A stretch of 64,000 nt of DNA from a virus, in IMG/VR virus record IMGVR_UViG_3300032235_000792; one strand, written 5' to 3'. Under the pieces are notes generated by a model, which saw only the letters and a list, made by a program, of their open reading frames with translations, was not told the origin of the DNA and searched no databases. Every line of letters starts with the position of its first letter. The stretch's first letter is position 1. This document shows positions 29,723 to 37,905 of the stretch, in pieces. A program made the position numbers and the translations under genes.

Positions 29723-30741
29723 TCTTCATCTCCGTTATAACCTACCTGAGAAAGTAGACTAGTTAGTTTTTCTTGTTTAACCTTTTCCATATGATTTGCA
29801 GTGATCTCAACGTATCTACCTTTATCAAAGGCGCATTCAATCTTCATACCTTGATAACCAAAACGATCTTTCTTTATTAAGAACTTAGTGGTCTTGTTTT
29901 CAAAGTCAGGCACGATTTCTACTACTACAGTTGATGGCTCGTATACACTCGGACAATCCTTTATTCGAGAATCAAGTTCTTGATTATTTCTTTTTCCAAG
30001 AGAGTGAAGCTGAGCAAACAATACCACAGGAATATTCGACTCGCGTATGTATTTACCTAGCCACATTCTTAAATCAGTTAAAGTCTCAAAACTACTTCTA
30101 GCCGGATTATTTACAGATGTTTTTATTTGCTGAAAATAATCAATCATAACGGCAGAATAATCTGCGGTTTTTACCTGAGTAAGTATGTTCTTAACACCTT
30201 CTAAGGTAGATGTTATTCCGTTGTTATAAACGACATCTACAACCTTAACGTATTTACATATCTCAGGGTAGAGTTTCATACATTCTAGCTGCTGAGATTT
30301 AGGCATTACGCCTTTTTTGTAGTCGTTAAAATTAAACCCAAGCTCAAGACATGCAATACGATATATGATATCTTGCTTTGGTTCTTCGTTAGATATAACC
30401 AGCGTCTTCTTGCCTTCTTTCCATAATGGGTGAGATATGTTCGCAGCAATAGTAGACTTACCATTACCAGAATAACCGCACATAAGATAAAGATTTTCTC
30501 GTGTAAACGGAATTGCAGCTGTCAACGCCTTGTTGATAAAAGTAATCTTTTCACCAAGCATCCTATTATAAGATGCAACACTTTCATACATCTCTTTAAT
30601 AGATTCTTTATCACCGAAAGAATCTAGCTCATCTAACGATACTTCGATATTGATATCAGTAATCGGTTGAACAGAATTTTTAGTACGACTAGGTGTTGCA
30701 GACAATGCTTTGGCAATTTCTTGCTCAGATAGTTTTGCCAT
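29719..30741 (-). CDS. DnaB-like (SF4) replicative helicase
   Basis: GYSGNGKS Walker A, ISNEE, VMIDYFQ, VLFAQL, KDRFG arginine finger. Confidence 0.9.
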   Translation of the reverse strand: MAKLSEQEIAKALSATPSRTKNSVQPITDINIEVSLDELDSFGDKESIKEMYESVASYNRMLGEKITFINKALTAAIPFTRENLYLMCGYSGNGKSTIAANISHPLWKEGKKTLVISNEEPKQDIIYRIACLELGFNFNDYKKGVMPKSQQLECMKLYPEICKYVKVVDVVYNNGITSTLEGVKNILTQVKTADYSAVMIDYFQQIKTSVNNPARSSFETLTDLRMWLGKYIRESNIPVVLFAQLHSLGKRNNQELDSRIKDCPSVYEPSTVVVEIVPDFENKTTKFLIKKDRFGYQGMKIECAFDKGRYVEITANHMEKVKQEKLTSLLSQVGYNGDEE

Positions 30742-30742
30742 A

Positions 30743-31255
30743 TTATAGATCTCCTAGGTCAATGTTTACGTTAACATGACTAGGGTCAACACTCGGTCCT
30801 TTTTCTGATGCCTGCTGCTCAAGAATAAGAGCCTCCCAATCTAATGTAGGGTGCGAATCTGCATATTTCTGTTGTTTTCTATATTCAGATGCAGACATAC
30901 TGCCATATTTAGGAGCAGAATCAGATTCGGCATTTTCTATTTCATAGATAGAAAAGAAAACACGTTTGCCAGCGTTAGCTATAAATTCTTTCCAAGAAGA
31001 TTCAAATTCAGACAATGTTTCAATTCTTCCAAATTTCTTCATGCTTTTATATACAGACTTAACAACATAATCAGATGGATAATGAGCTTTAATAGCTTTC
31101 TCTAAATAGACTAAAGCATCTTCCATAGGAACTTTGGACTTGTTCATTGAATGAAAGAGTATATCAAAGTTGCCTTCAACTGCAGCTTTAGATCTGTCCA
31201 TGTCAGCAAGGTCAGCCTTCCACTTCATAAAGATAAGTTCAGCTTTACTACTCAT
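30743..31255 (-). CDS. Hypothetical protein upstream of helicase
   Basis: SD GGAGG precedes ATG 31255 (MSSKAELIF). Confidence 0.65.
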   Translation of the reverse strand: MSSKAELIFMKWKADLADMDRSKAAVEGNFDILFHSMNKSKVPMEDALVYLEKAIKAHYPSDYVVKSVYKSMKKFGRIETLSEFESSWKEFIANAGKRVFFSIYEIENAESDSAPKYGSMSASEYRKQQKYADSHPTLDWEALILEQQASEKGPSVDPSHVNVNIDLGDL

Positions 31256-31445
31256 GGCTAACCTCCAAGACTTCAGTCTTCTTGGATTTAAGGTTAGTAA
31301 TCTCAATTTTGGCAGAATTATTTATCTTGTCAATAAATAATAGTCGGATTTCGTACTCTCCATTGATAATGAAAGGTTTTTTCTTACCTAACCACCATAC
31401 GAGAGTATCTTGAAGCTTGTCCTTAAAACTAGACATGTTTTCCAT
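31248..31445 (-). CDS. Small beta-strand protein, possibly CsrA/RsmA-like
   Basis: SD AGGAG. LVWWLGKKKPFIINGEYEIRLLFIDKINNSAKIEI parallels the CsrA strand pattern. Confidence 0.45.
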   Translation of the reverse strand: MENMSSFKDKLQDTLVWWLGKKKPFIINGEYEIRLLFIDKINNSAKIEITNLKSKKTEVLEVSHE

Positions 31446-31515
31446 AGAACTCCTAAAAAACGTTTAATAAAAAATCGTATATATTTTATACGAATATATG
31501 AATTTTAACTATTAA

Positions 31516-31522
31516 GTATAAT
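31516..31522 (+). promoter_or_regulatory. GTATAAT -10, probable leaderless transcript
   Basis: 6 nt before ATG 31529, no SD. A divergent minus-strand TAAAAT lies at 31483-31488. Confidence 0.75.
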
Positions 31523-31528
31523 AGATAA

Positions 31529-32905
31529 ATGAAGGCGATCATCACTAATAAATTAATCGTTATCCAAAATCCAACAGACGATATTGTACGAACGTTTGAG
31601 AAAATATGCTCTTTCACCGATAAGCAAAAAGAGTTTCAAGTTAAGCGGATGGAGCGAAATCCTTTTCAGAAAAATTCACCTTTCTTAAATAAGTTAAGAA
31701 AAGAAGTAAATGGTTCTTTGCTTAAAAGAATAACAGGCGGTCATCTAGTCTTTAATTCAGGCTTACATTTTTATTTACCTGACTTATCAATAACAGATAA
31801 AAGACAAGATACCGGCAGTACTATGGCTTTGCCTTGGAAGAAAAAGCCGCATGACCCTAGGCCATATCAAGAAGAAGCTATAGAAGTAGCAATCAATTCT
31901 TGGCGCGGAGTTATAAACTTTGCAACTGGCTTAGGTAAGACTTTAACTGCTTTACATCTTTTAAAGAGATTAAAAAGAAAAGCACTTGTAGTAGTTCCTT
32001 CTGAGAGTATAGCAAATCAATTTTATAAAGAACTGTCTGATGCTTTTGGTGATGCTAATGTAGGATACTTTGGCGGTGGAAAGAAAAAGATAAAGTTTAT
32101 AACAGTAGGTATTGCTGCATCTATTATAAATAATCTTGATAAGTTTAAAGAGCAAGAATTAGGTGTTGTCATATTTGATGAGGTTCATCATATAGCTGCA
32201 AATACATTCTATGATATCTCTATTGCTCTTGGAGACGTTGGAAGAATTTACGGACTAACCGCCACTGACTTTAGATCAGACGGAAAAGATATAATGATAA
32301 ATGCGGGGTGCGGCCCAGTAATAGTTAAAAGAGACATCAAGTGGGGCATAGCAAATGGGTTTTTGGCTAAACCTAAATTTATAATTACAGAGGTGGACAC
32401 CGAAGGCACCGACTACCAAAATGATAAACTTAAAAATTATAAAGCACATGTCTTAAATAATGACAAGATGAAGAATCAAATTAAATCTGATATACAAAAA
32501 TATTTAGCAGAAGGTAAATCAGTTCTCTGCTTAGTAGGTGAGGTTGCACATGGAGAAGAGTTATCCAAAGATTTGGGAATACCTTTTGCCCAAGGAAGAG
32601 ACAAAGAATCTCAGCGGTATGTGGACGAGCTTAACTCTGGAAAAATCAAAGGACTTATTGGAACAGGGGGTAAGGTCGGAGAGGGTACAGACACCAAGCG
32701 GGTTGATGTTCTTATACTTGCAAACTTTATGGCGTCTAAAGGTCCTGTCATTCAAGCAATTGGAAGAGGTCTGCGCTTGTATGGGGATAAGACTGAATGT
32801 ATCATCAAGGACTATGTACCTAAGGGTTCGAGTATGCTGTCCCGTCACGCAAAAGGTAGACTTATATTTTATAGAGACATAACTAACGATATAAGTTTCA
32901 CTTAA
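31529..32905 (+). CDS. Superfamily 2 DNA helicase (UvsW-like)
   Basis: PRPYQ Q-motif, ATGLGKT, DEVHH, GLTAT, QAIGRGLR. Confidence 0.92.
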   Translation: MKAIITNKLIVIQNPTDDIVRTFEKICSFTDKQKEFQVKRMERNPFQKNSPFLNKLRKEVNGSLLKRITGGHLVFNSGLHFYLPDLSITDKRQDTGSTMALPWKKKPHDPRPYQEEAIEVAINSWRGVINFATGLGKTLTALHLLKRLKRKALVVVPSESIANQFYKELSDAFGDANVGYFGGGKKKIKFITVGIAASIINNLDKFKEQELGVVIFDEVHHIAANTFYDISIALGDVGRIYGLTATDFRSDGKDIMINAGCGPVIVKRDIKWGIANGFLAKPKFIITEVDTEGTDYQNDKLKNYKAHVLNNDKMKNQIKSDIQKYLAEGKSVLCLVGEVAHGEELSKDLGIPFAQGRDKESQRYVDELNSGKIKGLIGTGGKVGEGTDTKRVDVLILANFMASKGPVIQAIGRGLRLYGDKTECIIKDYVPKGSSMLSRHAKGRLIFYRDITNDISFT

Positions 32906-32944
32906 GTTAATAAAATGATATAATATAGTCATAGGGGCAACTTT

Positions 32945-33397
32945 ATGGCTAATATTAAAAAATTTAAAAGAGGCGATAAGACTAAATTATCAGCCAATTT
33001 TTCAGTTAAAGAATTTGAATGTAAGTGTGGTAAATGTGAGGAAACCCTCATAAACCTAGATCATGTTCAGCGATTACAGCAACTTAGAGATGATCTGGGT
33101 TGTTCAATAACCATAAATTCAGCATATAGATGCCTAGCTCATAATACTGCTATAGGTGGTGAGAAAAACTCTCAACACATGAAAGGTAATGCCACAGATA
33201 TAGTTGTAGATGGTATGACTCCGGATGAAGTGGCGGATTCGTGTGAAAAGTTTGACGGATTAGGAAGATACAATACGTTTACCCATCTAGATTCTAGAGG
33301 AAGAAGAGCTCGCTGGGATCTGCGTACTAAGAAAGATTCAAAAGCCCCATCTAAAAAAGATATAAAAATTACTCTTAAAGATATAGAAAAAGAGTAA
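32945..33397 (+). CDS. Peptidase M15A (candidate endolysin)
   Basis: NFSVKEFECKCG, INSAYRC..HN..IGG..NSQH..G.A.D, FTHLDSR. Confidence 0.9.
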   Translation: MANIKKFKRGDKTKLSANFSVKEFECKCGKCEETLINLDHVQRLQQLRDDLGCSITINSAYRCLAHNTAIGGEKNSQHMKGNATDIVVDGMTPDEVADSCEKFDGLGRYNTFTHLDSRGRRARWDLRTKKDSKAPSKKDIKITLKDIEKE

Positions 33398-33398
33398 T

Positions 33399-33656
33399 AT
33401 GTCTAGTCTAACTATTCCAGAATTAAGTGTAGGAATGGTTGTTATAACACCAACTACATTAATGCCTTATCTTACAGAAGATAAGAAATATGTTGTTCTG
33501 GCTATGGATAGTGACGACTGGATCCTAATACAGGATGACACTGGTGAGACTAGACACTATCAATCACATCTTTTTATAGAAGCAAATGTTTACTATTCTA
33601 TGGTTCTTTGGTTATCGTTAATGAGAATGTTCGATATTTCGCCTAAAGACATGTAA
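33399..33656 (+). CDS. Small SH3-like hypothetical protein with hydrophobic tail
   Basis: YLTEDKKYVV...ILIQDDTG pattern. Confidence 0.5.
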   Translation: MSSLTIPELSVGMVVITPTTLMPYLTEDKKYVVLAMDSDDWILIQDDTGETRHYQSHLFIEANVYYSMVLWLSLMRMFDISPKDM

Positions 33657-33691
33657 TTGTTCAAATTTTAAATTTTTTTTAGTTGCCGTAG

Positions 33692-33778
33692 GTATAATGA
33701 CCATGACTGCCGACTATACTAGTCTAGTACTGTTCATAACTATTCTAAACTACATGTTGTTTTATTTATATGTATAAT
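33692..33778 (+). promoter_or_regulatory. Tandem GTATAAT elements at 33692 and 33772
   Basis: Both are in the gap between annotated genes upstream of the dUTPase. Confidence 0.65.
33703..33777 (+). CDS. Putative 24-aa hydrophobic micropeptide MTADYTSLVLFITILNYMLFYLYV
   Basis: Translated by eye. It fills the gap between two GTATAAT elements. Confidence 0.35.
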   Translation: MTADYTSLVLFITILNYMLFYLYV

Positions 33779-33798
33779 CCCTCCACCTAGGAGGCGAC

Positions 33799-34236
33799 AT
33801 GTCACTTAATCCAGAAAATAAATGTGCAAATCTATTTAAAGATGTATCTAAATTACAGGATCCCGTCGTTGATATGTTTAATATGCAAGCATCATTACAA
33901 AGACATTTAGCAGAAAAAGGTAGAGCACTAGACTATGACTCTGCAACTTTTAAGCAAAGAGTAGATGACATATCTAAACAGTGGCGAAATATGAATCTAG
34001 AAATGTCTGAGTTACTAGAGCGTCTTCCATATAAAGAGTGGAAAACATACCCAGATGAATCACTTCAAGGTTTTAGATCTCAAGAAGATATGCTTGAAAC
34101 ATATTATGAATATATTGATGTATTTCATTTCTTTATGAATGTTGGCTTAGCTCTTGGTATCGACGGTGATACTTTTGAGAAGCTTTATATAACTAAAAAT
34201 AAAGAAAACTTTGATCGTCAAGCTAGAGGTTATTAG
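33799..34236 (+). CDS. Dimeric (all-alpha) dUTPase/MazG-like NTP pyrophosphatase
   Basis: EMSELLE..PYKEWK, EYIDVFHFFMN, YITKNKENFDRQARGY. Confidence 0.88.
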   Translation: MSLNPENKCANLFKDVSKLQDPVVDMFNMQASLQRHLAEKGRALDYDSATFKQRVDDISKQWRNMNLEMSELLERLPYKEWKTYPDESLQGFRSQEDMLETYYEYIDVFHFFMNVGLALGIDGDTFEKLYITKNKENFDRQARGY

Positions 34237-34251
34237 TTTATTAACTAGTGA

Positions 34252-34258
34252 GTATAAT
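34252..34258 (+). promoter_or_regulatory. GTATAAT -10, probable leaderless transcript
   Basis: 6 nt before ATG 34265, no SD. Confidence 0.75.
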
Positions 34259-34264
34259 TAATAA

Positions 34265-34969
34265 ATGGATATAAGTAATCTATTTTCTACCAATATTCGT
34301 GTGTCAAACGTTGATCCATTGGATACTAATGCTATCTGGCCAAATAACATTGAAGTAACTATTTGTCGGATTCCTATAAGGAAGCGTGACGGATATTCTA
34401 AAGATGGTGTTAGAAAACTGGCTGAAAGGTTGAAAGCTAATACTGTTAAAAATGGTATAGTTTTTCTTATCTGCTACTCTCCTAATGAATGTAAGTCTAG
34501 GCCTTTTGAAGTTGCTAGCATAATGTCTGAAGTTGGATTTGAACATATTGACAACATCATACTTAATAAGTCTTGGCTACCTGGCAAAAGAAGTGAATCA
34601 AATCTTGTTAATTCTCATGAATATGTTCTTTACTTCTGTAATGGAAAAGTGTGGAAGTTAGATAGGCTACCTTTAAAACAATACTTAAAAATAGATGATG
34701 AACAAAGTTGCCCTGGCAATTCTTGGACTATAGAAACAGGCTCGTTAGAGGATTCGTATCCTCTAGATTTAGCTGAGTTACTAATCCGCATGACGGATGT
34801 GCTTCCTGGTTCTGTTATCTTTGATGCGTACATGGGGACTCCAGCTACCTTGCAGGCTTGTCTAAAGCTTGGACATTCATTTTATGGATTTGAAACTGAT
34901 CCTAGAAAACTAATTAAATATAAAAAAATAATAAGTGATTTTCAGCAAAATAAACCGGAGGACAAATAA
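34265..34969 (+). CDS. N4/N6 DNA methyltransferase-like protein, degenerate motifs
   Basis: HEYVLYF, YPLDLAELLI, IFDAYMGTPAT...G.SFYGFE. The catalytic (D/S)PP(Y/F) position reads CRIPI. Confidence 0.7.
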   Translation: MDISNLFSTNIRVSNVDPLDTNAIWPNNIEVTICRIPIRKRDGYSKDGVRKLAERLKANTVKNGIVFLICYSPNECKSRPFEVASIMSEVGFEHIDNIILNKSWLPGKRSESNLVNSHEYVLYFCNGKVWKLDRLPLKQYLKIDDEQSCPGNSWTIETGSLEDSYPLDLAELLIRMTDVLPGSVIFDAYMGTPATLQACLKLGHSFYGFETDPRKLIKYKKIISDFQQNKPEDK

Positions 34970-36639
34970 TGCTTTATGAGAAATCGAAAGCTAAGGACAT
35001 AATCGCAGACAAATCTCGACTTAACGAGATTGTTGCATCATCCATTAAGGATATGGCCACTATCGTGGGATCTACCCTTGGTCCTGGTGGTAGAGCTGTT
35101 TTAATTGAACGAGATGGTCAGCCTCCTTTGGCAACTAAAGATGGTGTGACTGTTGCTAAATCACTAGGTGTTGATAAGGCTGAATATAATACTATAATTG
35201 AAGCATGTAAAGAGATTTGTATTAACACTGCTAAGGATGCAGGTGACGGAACTACTACAGCAATTGTGTTGGCCAATGCTATTACCCAGCATGGACAGTC
35301 TTTTGTAATAAACAATAAGAAATATAACCCACAGCGCATAGTTAACGAGCTAGAAGATTTATATGATGATGTAATTGTCCCATACATCAAAGACAGATCA
35401 ACTCCAGTGGATAGCGATTCTAAACTTAGAAGTGTTGCTACTATTTCTGCTAATGGCGATAAACGTATAGCTAATGTTGTTGTTGATGCTGTTTTAGCTG
35501 CAGGCGATGACGGTCATATTATTATAGAAGAAGCTCAAGGTGATGAGATGCGCGTTGAGACACTAGAAGGATATATCATTACCTCTGGACTAAAGGAGAT
35601 AGGTCAACTTGGGCCTATGTTTATCAATGATAGGACAAATCAGCAATGCAAAATGGATAACGGATATGTCTTCTTATATAACGGAACGATCAATGACCTT
35701 AAGTCTTTGGCTTTTGTTCAAGAAGCTATTGAAGGAACAGAGCTCTACGGATCACCATTGATGATTATTGCTCATGACTTTGCAGATACGGTACTAGACA
35801 CTATTGCTAAGAACGTGAAAGGTGGTATTACAATTTGTCCAGTTAAAACACCAAGATCTGGACTACCTAATTCAAGATCTGTCTTCTTAGAAGATATGTC
35901 CGCATATACAGGTGCAAAAATATTTGACCCTTCTAACATAGAAGATATTGATAGTGAAGACTTTGGTAAATTTGTTTTTGCTAAGTCAAATACTTATGAA
36001 ACGCTACTTATTGCAGAACCAGACGCTGATGTTATTGAACATAGGATTAAAGAACTAAAGGCTTTGGAAGATAATTGCCTTTCTGAATTAGATAAGATGC
36101 ATGTTAGAGCTAATATTGCAAAATTGACAGGCGGTATTTCTACTATTTTCGTAGGCGGAGTTTCTGATCTTAAAGTAAGAGAAAGAAAAGCTCGAGTTGA
36201 AGATGCTGTTGAAGCTGTTAGATCTGCTATTGCTGAAGGTATTATCCCAGGTGGTTGTTTGATTCAGCTTGAGCTTGCTAACTTAATTGAAAATCATGTT
36301 GATAAAAAAGAATCTTGGGCTATTATGATAAATGCTTTGAGAGAACCGTTCAAACTCCTTCTCACTAATTGTGGAGAAGATCACGACGAGGTACTTGCAC
36401 TACTACCTAAAGGCAAAGTGTTTGACGCCAACAATCACGCCATCGTTGATCCATTTGAAGCTGGTATTATTGAACCGGCTAAAGTAGCCAGGGTTGCAAT
36501 TGGTAATGCTCTATCTGTTGCCTCTTTACTTATCACATGCGGTGGCATAGTCTGTGTTCCAAGGGACTCTCAGTTAGAAAATCAACTAGCCATGTCTAAA
36601 CAAGCATTTAAGGATATGATGAGTACATCTGGACAGTAA
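34969..36639 (+). CDS. groEL: Phage chaperonin GroEL
   Basis: TLGPGGR, TKDGVTVAK, AGDGTTTA, ATISANGD, RVEDAV, GIIPGG, GIIEPAKV. Confidence 0.96.
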   Translation: MLYEKSKAKDIIADKSRLNEIVASSIKDMATIVGSTLGPGGRAVLIERDGQPPLATKDGVTVAKSLGVDKAEYNTIIEACKEICINTAKDAGDGTTTAIVLANAITQHGQSFVINNKKYNPQRIVNELEDLYDDVIVPYIKDRSTPVDSDSKLRSVATISANGDKRIANVVVDAVLAAGDDGHIIIEEAQGDEMRVETLEGYIITSGLKEIGQLGPMFINDRTNQQCKMDNGYVFLYNGTINDLKSLAFVQEAIEGTELYGSPLMIIAHDFADTVLDTIAKNVKGGITICPVKTPRSGLPNSRSVFLEDMSAYTGAKIFDPSNIEDIDSEDFGKFVFAKSNTYETLLIAEPDADVIEHRIKELKALEDNCLSELDKMHVRANIAKLTGGISTIFVGGVSDLKVRERKARVEDAVEAVRSAIAEGIIPGGCLIQLELANLIENHVDKKESWAIMINALREPFKLLLTNCGEDHDEVLALLPKGKVFDANNHAIVDPFEAGIIEPAKVARVAIGNALSVASLLITCGGIVCVPRDSQLENQLAMSKQAFKDMMSTSGQ

Positions 36640-36640
36640 T

Positions 36641-37108
36641 ATGAATTATATACGTGAAAAAATTAGAATAATAATTGCAGGCCTTGTCTTGGTATGTGTC
36701 GGTTTTGGTATTGGCTTTTTTAGTAAACCTACTAAGGTTACGACAAAAACTGAGATAAAAGAAGTTGTTAAATACGTAGAAAAAAAACAAGAGCGCAAAA
36801 ATGTCAAAACTACTAAGAAAAAAATTATCAAAAAAGATGGAGAAGTTGTTGAAGAAGAGGTCACAGAAGATAAATCTGAAACAGATACTGAACTGTCCTC
36901 TTCTTCTAAAAAAGAATCAAAGAAAGAAGAGAAAAAGATAAACAACTCTGGTATCACTCTTAGTGCATTAATTTTAGCCAGAGATTTATCTGTTGATGAA
37001 TACGAATTTGGTGTGGCTTTTTCTAAACGTGTTTTTAGTAATATATCTATGGGCGTTATTGCAACAGAAAAGAAAGCAGTTGGACTAACTATAGGTTTGG
37101 AATTCTAA
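36641..37108 (+). CDS. Membrane-anchored protein (possible spanin-like)
   Basis: N-terminal TM, charged linker and C-terminal amphipathic beta strands ending in F. Confidence 0.45.
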   Translation: MNYIREKIRIIIAGLVLVCVGFGIGFFSKPTKVTTKTEIKEVVKYVEKKQERKNVKTTKKKIIKKDGEVVEEEVTEDKSETDTELSSSSKKESKKEEKKINNSGITLSALILARDLSVDEYEFGVAFSKRVFSNISMGVIATEKKAVGLTIGLEF

Positions 37109-37461
37109 TGCCAAAATACACGTTTTCTTGTTTTAAATGTGGTAAGCTAATTCAGAAGTATGTCTCTGCGTCGCAGAGATTTAACGAATGTGAATGCGGT
37201 CAGGTAGTTGAGAGAAACATGCCAACCATATCTGGCACCAAAACTACAGAAACTGTAGATAAGTTACTTAATCGGAAGCACGTAGATAATCAAGTTGGTG
37301 CTTTGAAAGAAAGAAAATTAGACTATTACTGGGAAGTCGAGGTTCCTAGGATGGTAGATTCTGGTATCTATTCTATAGAAACTATGTTAGAGCAGGGTTG
37401 GATTTTCTATAATGAAAAAGGCGAACTCACTACCAGAACCAAGCCGGTTCAAAAATCTTAG
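37108..37461 (+). CDS. FmdB-family zinc-ribbon protein
   Basis: MPKYTFSCFKCG...CECG. Confidence 0.8.
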   Translation: MPKYTFSCFKCGKLIQKYVSASQRFNECECGQVVERNMPTISGTKTTETVDKLLNRKHVDNQVGALKERKLDYYWEVEVPRMVDSGIYSIETMLEQGWIFYNEKGELTTRTKPVQKS

Positions 37462-37467
37462 TATAAT
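37461..37467 (+). promoter_or_regulatory. GTATAAT -10 overlapping upstream TAG, probable leaderless transcript
   Basis: 6 nt before ATG 37474, no SD. Confidence 0.7.
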
Positions 37468-37473
37468 TCTGCA

Positions 37474-37905
37474 ATGAAGCAGAAAAATTCTTTAAAATTA
37501 CTATTACTTAGTTTAGTCATTAGTTCATTACTACATTTTTTTTTCATATTAAAATACAGGTACACTGCTACTGACCCTGTTCAAAGTGAACAACACCAAT
37601 CTAGAAATCAAGATCCACCGCAAGATCTAGACGACGGCAAAACTTCAATCTGGGTTAGTCCTGGCGTAGTTCCATGTGATTCTTATGAGGGAATAGGCGT
37701 TCAGTTTAATGCTATAACTGGTATTGTGACACATGTTGCTAGTAATGCACCTGCTGATAAAGCTGGTTTGCAAATTGGAGATGAACTTGTTACCCCACTT
37801 TGGAGCATGGAACTGGCTTTTGGTCAAAAAATTGATTTAGTTATTGTAAGAGATGGCAAGAGGCTTACTATGCCAGTAATTGTAGATAGGATCTGTCATC
37901 AATGA
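37474..37905 (+). CDS. Membrane-anchored PDZ-domain protein
   Basis: N-terminal TM. YEGIGV...VTHVASNAPADKAGLQIGDEL...IVRDGK. Confidence 0.85.
   Translation: MKQKNSLKLLLLSLVISSLLHFFFILKYRYTATDPVQSEQHQSRNQDPPQDLDDGKTSIWVSPGVVPCDSYEGIGVQFNAITGIVTHVASNAPADKAGLQIGDELVTPLWSMELAFGQKIDLVIVRDGKRLTMPVIVDRICHQ

Noticed and set aside
33399-33656. GroES candidate near groEL
   Set aside because: Lacks the PL.DRV and mobile-loop GGI motifs. It looks SH3-like.
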